A DNA stretch of 37,856 nt, filler included. It is 12 parts of 12 records of this genome, joined end to end, with 100 filler letters (N's around TTAATTAATTAA, not from the genome) between each part and the next. Parts side by side here need not be neighbours in the genome. Positions count along the whole stretch, not along the records: positions 35,223 to 37,856 come from SRR9188676_3695; 11 more parts are not named here. One strand, 5' to 3'. Shown here piece by piece: positions 35,517-37,856 of this stretch. The first letter of the stretch is position 1. Every line of letters begins with the position of its first letter. The translations under genes were made by a program, and so were the position numbers. The notes under the pieces are model-generated. The model worked only from the letters and a program-made list of their open reading frames with translations. It was not told the origin of the DNA and did not search any database.

Positions 35517-37488
35517 TCAAGCAGCATGGCAAGGTTCCGGCGCGTAAAATGTTGCTAGAAAGGGGCTCCCAGATCCACGATCTACATACAACATCATCAG
35601 ATATTGATTTCCACAATGAGCAACAATGCGGTGAGGATCAGGCTACAACAAAATGAGATGCTTGATAAAGCTGGATGGCGGTGACACATAATCATTTGCT
35701 ATCAATAATGGAAGTCCAGCCGCACTTTTCCTGAGACGATCGCGTCGGTTACGGGATCATTGGTCCAAGAGCATTCGGTCACGCCCTCGGGTTCCGGTAC
35801 AATCCCTCCATCATAGCATAATTCCTTGTGTTGCTACGATTAAATATGCTCAGGCGAATAGTTGTTGTATGAAAGTTGATATCATTATGGGAACCAATAG
35901 GTCTCGCTTTGAATAGTGATTGCAAGGCAGGAATGAGGGAGCTTAGCAACAATGAATGCCGAGCTATGCTGATGAACTCCTAAGATTGAAATATTTGCGC
36001 AGGCAAAATCAAAGCACTCAAAGCCAACAACATACTGACCTTATCATTCAATAATGCCTTGCATGGATCTTCGTCATCCACCTCAGCCAGCACCATTCTA
36101 GCATGGTCCAAAGGAGGAGAGTCCATGACAGGTGACTCCTGTGCATCGCGTGAAGAAAGCAAGGACTGAGGGGACGAGCAGCCCATGGAGGAAGGTAGTG
36201 AACACTCTGATGGAGTGAAAGCGGTCGGAGAGGCTGGGGGTAATTCAGCTGCCAGCGAGTTAATTCCACCTTGGGGATCAAATGAATGATCGGTACCAGC
36301 AGGGGCCAAGGTCATATCAGGGGACAGCAGGGGGAGATTGCCCGTGGTTGCCGATACATCTTGGCTCGGATATGAGAGGTATAGCTCGGAAGTGGTCGAA
36401 GGAAAGCCATTTGGGAGATGAGACGGGAGAATTGTAGCGGCTGGATTCATTTGAGCTAGGAAAGGCATTCTAGAGTGCATCCAAAGCGAAATCATAGTAT
36501 AGTAGAATTGCTGCTGCATTGTCTCCATTTTGGCTTGCTGTTCATACTTGAGTTTCTCTAGTTCACTCTCCAAGATCTTTTCGACCTCTCGTTCCAGGTC
36601 GCTGCTTTTTGCATTCTCGGAGGAAGATCCGGGACTGATCGGAGATGGGGCCTCATCAGAGTCCTCAGACTGTACAAAGAAGAGATTTTATCAGATATCG
36701 CTGAAAAAACAGTAGAAGGTACTATATAGGGAAGGTATTTTACCAGAATTATGCGAAAGTACAACAAAGAGTATCTTCCAACCTTAGGAAGATTTCGTTC
36801 ATTAGTGAAAAAAAAAAATGATCAATAGAATCATTGGGGCGAGAAGCGATCAAAACACACGACCGTTCATGTTCAACAAACCCACGAATCCTCTGTAGAT
36901 TATTGTCCTCATTGGAATCATAGGAAAGTATTGGAAGTCCTTGGAAAAAATCAGCTGCACACGGTTGGAGAAGAGTAATTGACCTTGATGTTCACGCAAT
37001 CGAGAAATGAGCAGAGACGAGAGGACAGACAGATATTTGTACCGAGGTAAGTGAAAAAAAAGGAGTGAACGAAATAATCATCGAGAGAAGCAAACCAAAG
37101 AAATTACCGTATTTTTTCTTCGGTCTCGATCTGTTCGATCGGTGATCATCCCGAACTGTGGACTATCGACGAACAAATCGACAAGGTGTTCTTTGTCTTT
37201 GATCTTTGCCTTCACAAAAAATCTGAACGACTTGTTCTTGATCCGCTTCAGCTTAACTTGATCTTTGGGAAACCAAAAAAATCCTTGAGCAGGATCAACC
37301 GGGCCATCGCTTAGCCACAGTTCGCCATCTTTTGTATGACCATTCACGTACATATATAGTTCAGAAATAGTTTCAATAGGATGGACAAAGCCAAGATATT
37401 TGAAAGGAATTTTCACTTTTCTCCCACCACGCCCGTTCTTGATGAACTCGCGTGCGGGAAAATTGGGCCGGATGTCAATATCGAACAT
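35517..37488 (-). CDS. Multi-exon protein of unknown family: basic beta-rich N-terminal domain, coiled coil, S/P-rich tail (transcription-factor-like); 3' exons uncertain
   Basis: Exon 37488-37108 (MFDIDIRPNFP..FRFFVKAKIKD..VDSPQFGMITDRTDRDRRKNT|GTAATT). A large exon at about 36669-36040 carries DLEREVEKILESELEKLKYEQQAKMETMQQQ and an S/P-rich region. Further candidate exons run down to a TGA at 35517. Confidence 0.6.
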
Positions 37489-37856
37489 GGTATCGAGAAG
37501 ACTGTGGGGCCTACACAAGTTCACACTAAGAATCGAGAAATAAAGTCTCCTCCAGTCTGAAAGCTGTCGCTGTCAAAAAGAGGTGAAAACAAAACTTCGA
37601 AAAAACAGCAAAACAAATCCACGTCATGGCGGTGCGGTGGCATGACAAAGACACCACGAGAGATCAGATCCAGCCGACGTCGGCGCGTTCAAGGCGCGAC
37701 TCTGGTAACTCGTTGGTAACCAAAAGATTGGTCAAGACGGTGGAACCACATTTTCGACAAGAAAAGCTTTTTGAGTGAAGCAGAGCCATTCGTTCATTCT
37801 TATTACTTAACCATTTAAAATGTTGATACTTCCTACTATTCACAATGCAAGCGAGT

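Overview
This is eukaryotic DNA, not prokaryotic, and it is not one continuous locus. It consists of 12 short contigs (about 2-6 kb each) joined by 11 identical artificial 100-nt spacers (N44-TTAATTAATTAA-N44), so adjacency across spacers means nothing and most genes are truncated. The genome is intron-rich (GT-AG, introns about 50-1000 nt) and appears to use the standard code. Genes reconstructed by manual splicing: a BAH-like domain protein, glycerol kinase, an S/P-rich unknown, a zinc-finger protein with a possible caspase/CHAT-like fold, SPRTN/Spartan, an 88-aa crotonase-like microprotein missed by the ORF track, CEP83, TBL2, an EGF-repeat single-pass membrane protein, an intronless TKL kinase, a vWA + alpha-kinase (VwkA-like), a WD40 protein, an EHD-like C-terminus, a PHO80-like cyclin and a possible transcription factor. 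Mobile DNA: a damaged DIRS-like retrotransposon (gag + RT) and a TA-flanked Tc1/mariner(pogo/Tc2)-like MITE family. The gene set suggests a flagellated protist. No single new biological system is proven here. The best leads are the ZnF plus pseudo-caspase-like protein, the crotonase-like microprotein head-to-head with SPRTN, the modular EGF receptor with a duplicated TM exon, and a ~200-nt foldback just after a stop codon. All family assignments come from motif recognition by eye, with no database search.
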